From the NCBI GenBank assembly GCA_003971905.1, contig RSEE01000002.1:992001-1056000 (forward strand): DNA of 64,000 nucleotides, read 5' to 3'. Positions 63,052 to 64,000 of this stretch are shown piece by piece. Under the pieces are notes generated by a model. The model saw only the letters and a list, made by a program, of their open reading frames with translations, was not told the DNA's origin and ran no database searches. Position 1 is the first letter of the stretch. Each line of letters starts with the position of its first letter. The stretch comes from Moniliella sp. 'wahieum' (Eukaryota). The position numbers and the translations under genes are program-made.

Positions 63052-64000
63052 TCAAAGTACAGTTGCGTATCCAAATGATGATGCATAGGACTGGCGTGAA
63101 CATGGCGCTTTAGAAGAACGATCGTCCCAACGTTCCTGTTGACGGGGCGCCACCTCCAGCACGGCCGAGTGGATGAGGTTGACTGCCTTGAGCGCATTCC
63201 GACGATGAATGGCCGTCGAGATGGAGATCTCGGAAGCACCTTGGGAAATGAGTTCAATGTTGATGTTGCCTTCGGCGAGCGTGGTGAACATCTTGCCTGC
63301 CACGCCGATCGCGCTGGGCATCTCCTTGCCGACCAGGGAGACGATGGCCATGTCCCGGATCACAGATACGTTCCCGATCGGGGACAGGTCGGCCTTGACA
63401 CGGTGCAGGTGGCGCGTCGAGCTGGAGATAGCCATTGAGACGTGCACCTCTGACGTGGCAATCAGGTCCACCACGACTCCGTACCGGTTCAACACTGAAA
63501 AGATCCGAGCAAAAAGTCGTGCGAGATGGTCTTGCGGTTGGAGTGGACGTTGAGCACGACAATATCGTCCTTGATCGTCACTGCCGTCGGAAGTTTGCGC
63601 TTGTTGGCGGGTTGGGGCAGCGGGGTAAAGCCGTGGGTGGGAGTCGCGGCGCCACTGGCCAAGGGCGTAGCAGGCTGCGTCACGTGGCCATCTACGCCAT
63701 GGTCCTTTGCGGCCGACGGCACAATCACCGTCCCTTGTCCCTTTGGGTTTTCAACGTTCTTGATGCGGATCGGGATGGCCTCGCGGATGGCCTGCTCCAT
63801 GGTGAAGGGATGGATGACTCCGAGCCATAGTAGGTCAACTCGGCCGCGCTTCTTCAGGAGAGATGGCTGGGATCAGACGAGCAGAGGGCACCTTTCTTGG
63901 GTCCGCCGTGAAGACGCCATCCACCTCCTTCCAGATCTGCAGTTCCCCGCTCGCACCCCCAGCGCACAAGGCGGCACAAAGGTCCGTATACCCTGCCGAC
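63052..64000 (-). CDS. HOM3: Aspartokinase, 3' part (runs off the window)
   Basis: GYTDLCAAL, ELQIWKEVDGVFTADPRKVP, AELTYYGS-VIHPFTMEQAI, IPIRIKNVENP, and two ACT domains (VVVDLIATSEVHVSMA; SLVGKEM...GKMFTTLAEGNINIELISQGASEI). Confidence 0.96.

Overview
Eukaryotic fungal DNA, most likely a basidiomycete of Ustilaginomycotina type (inferred from GC-rich genes, few short GT-AG introns with CTRAY branch sites, and protein similarity). Conserved genes carry many 1-2 nt indels, mostly in homopolymers, so this looks like an unpolished long-read assembly and single frameshifts are not evidence of pseudogenes. Recognisable genes: VPS55, an Mtr-type amino-acid permease, RPS18, a Zn2Cys6 transcription factor, tRNA-Thr(AGT), MAP2, a SWI3/RSC8/SMARCC subunit, LCL2, TRM2, a CHD1 derivative, a BUD31 relic, proteasome beta-6 (PRE7), an NmrA-like reductase, an Hcs1/IGHMBP2-like helicase, a secreted alpha/beta hydrolase and the 3' part of aspartokinase (HOM3). 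The left third is rich in transposon remnants: an 831-bp solo LTR with a 5-bp TSD, and a related LTR interrupted by a 2.7-kb CMC/EnSpm-like TIR element with a 2-bp TSD. The most striking signal is a window-wide non-coding repeat grammar: dozens of short arrays with 7-bp period, built as (T-N-A linker + palindromic 4-mer)n. All 12 non-AT-only palindromic tetramers occur, cores can switch in register within one array, the arrays avoid coding sequence and young transposons, and one unit appears to have arisen de novo inside an LTR copy. Also notable are an ATPase-less, chromodomain-less CHD1 next to an internally deleted BUD31, and a Swi3/Rsc8 with a metazoan-SMARCC-like N-terminal module.
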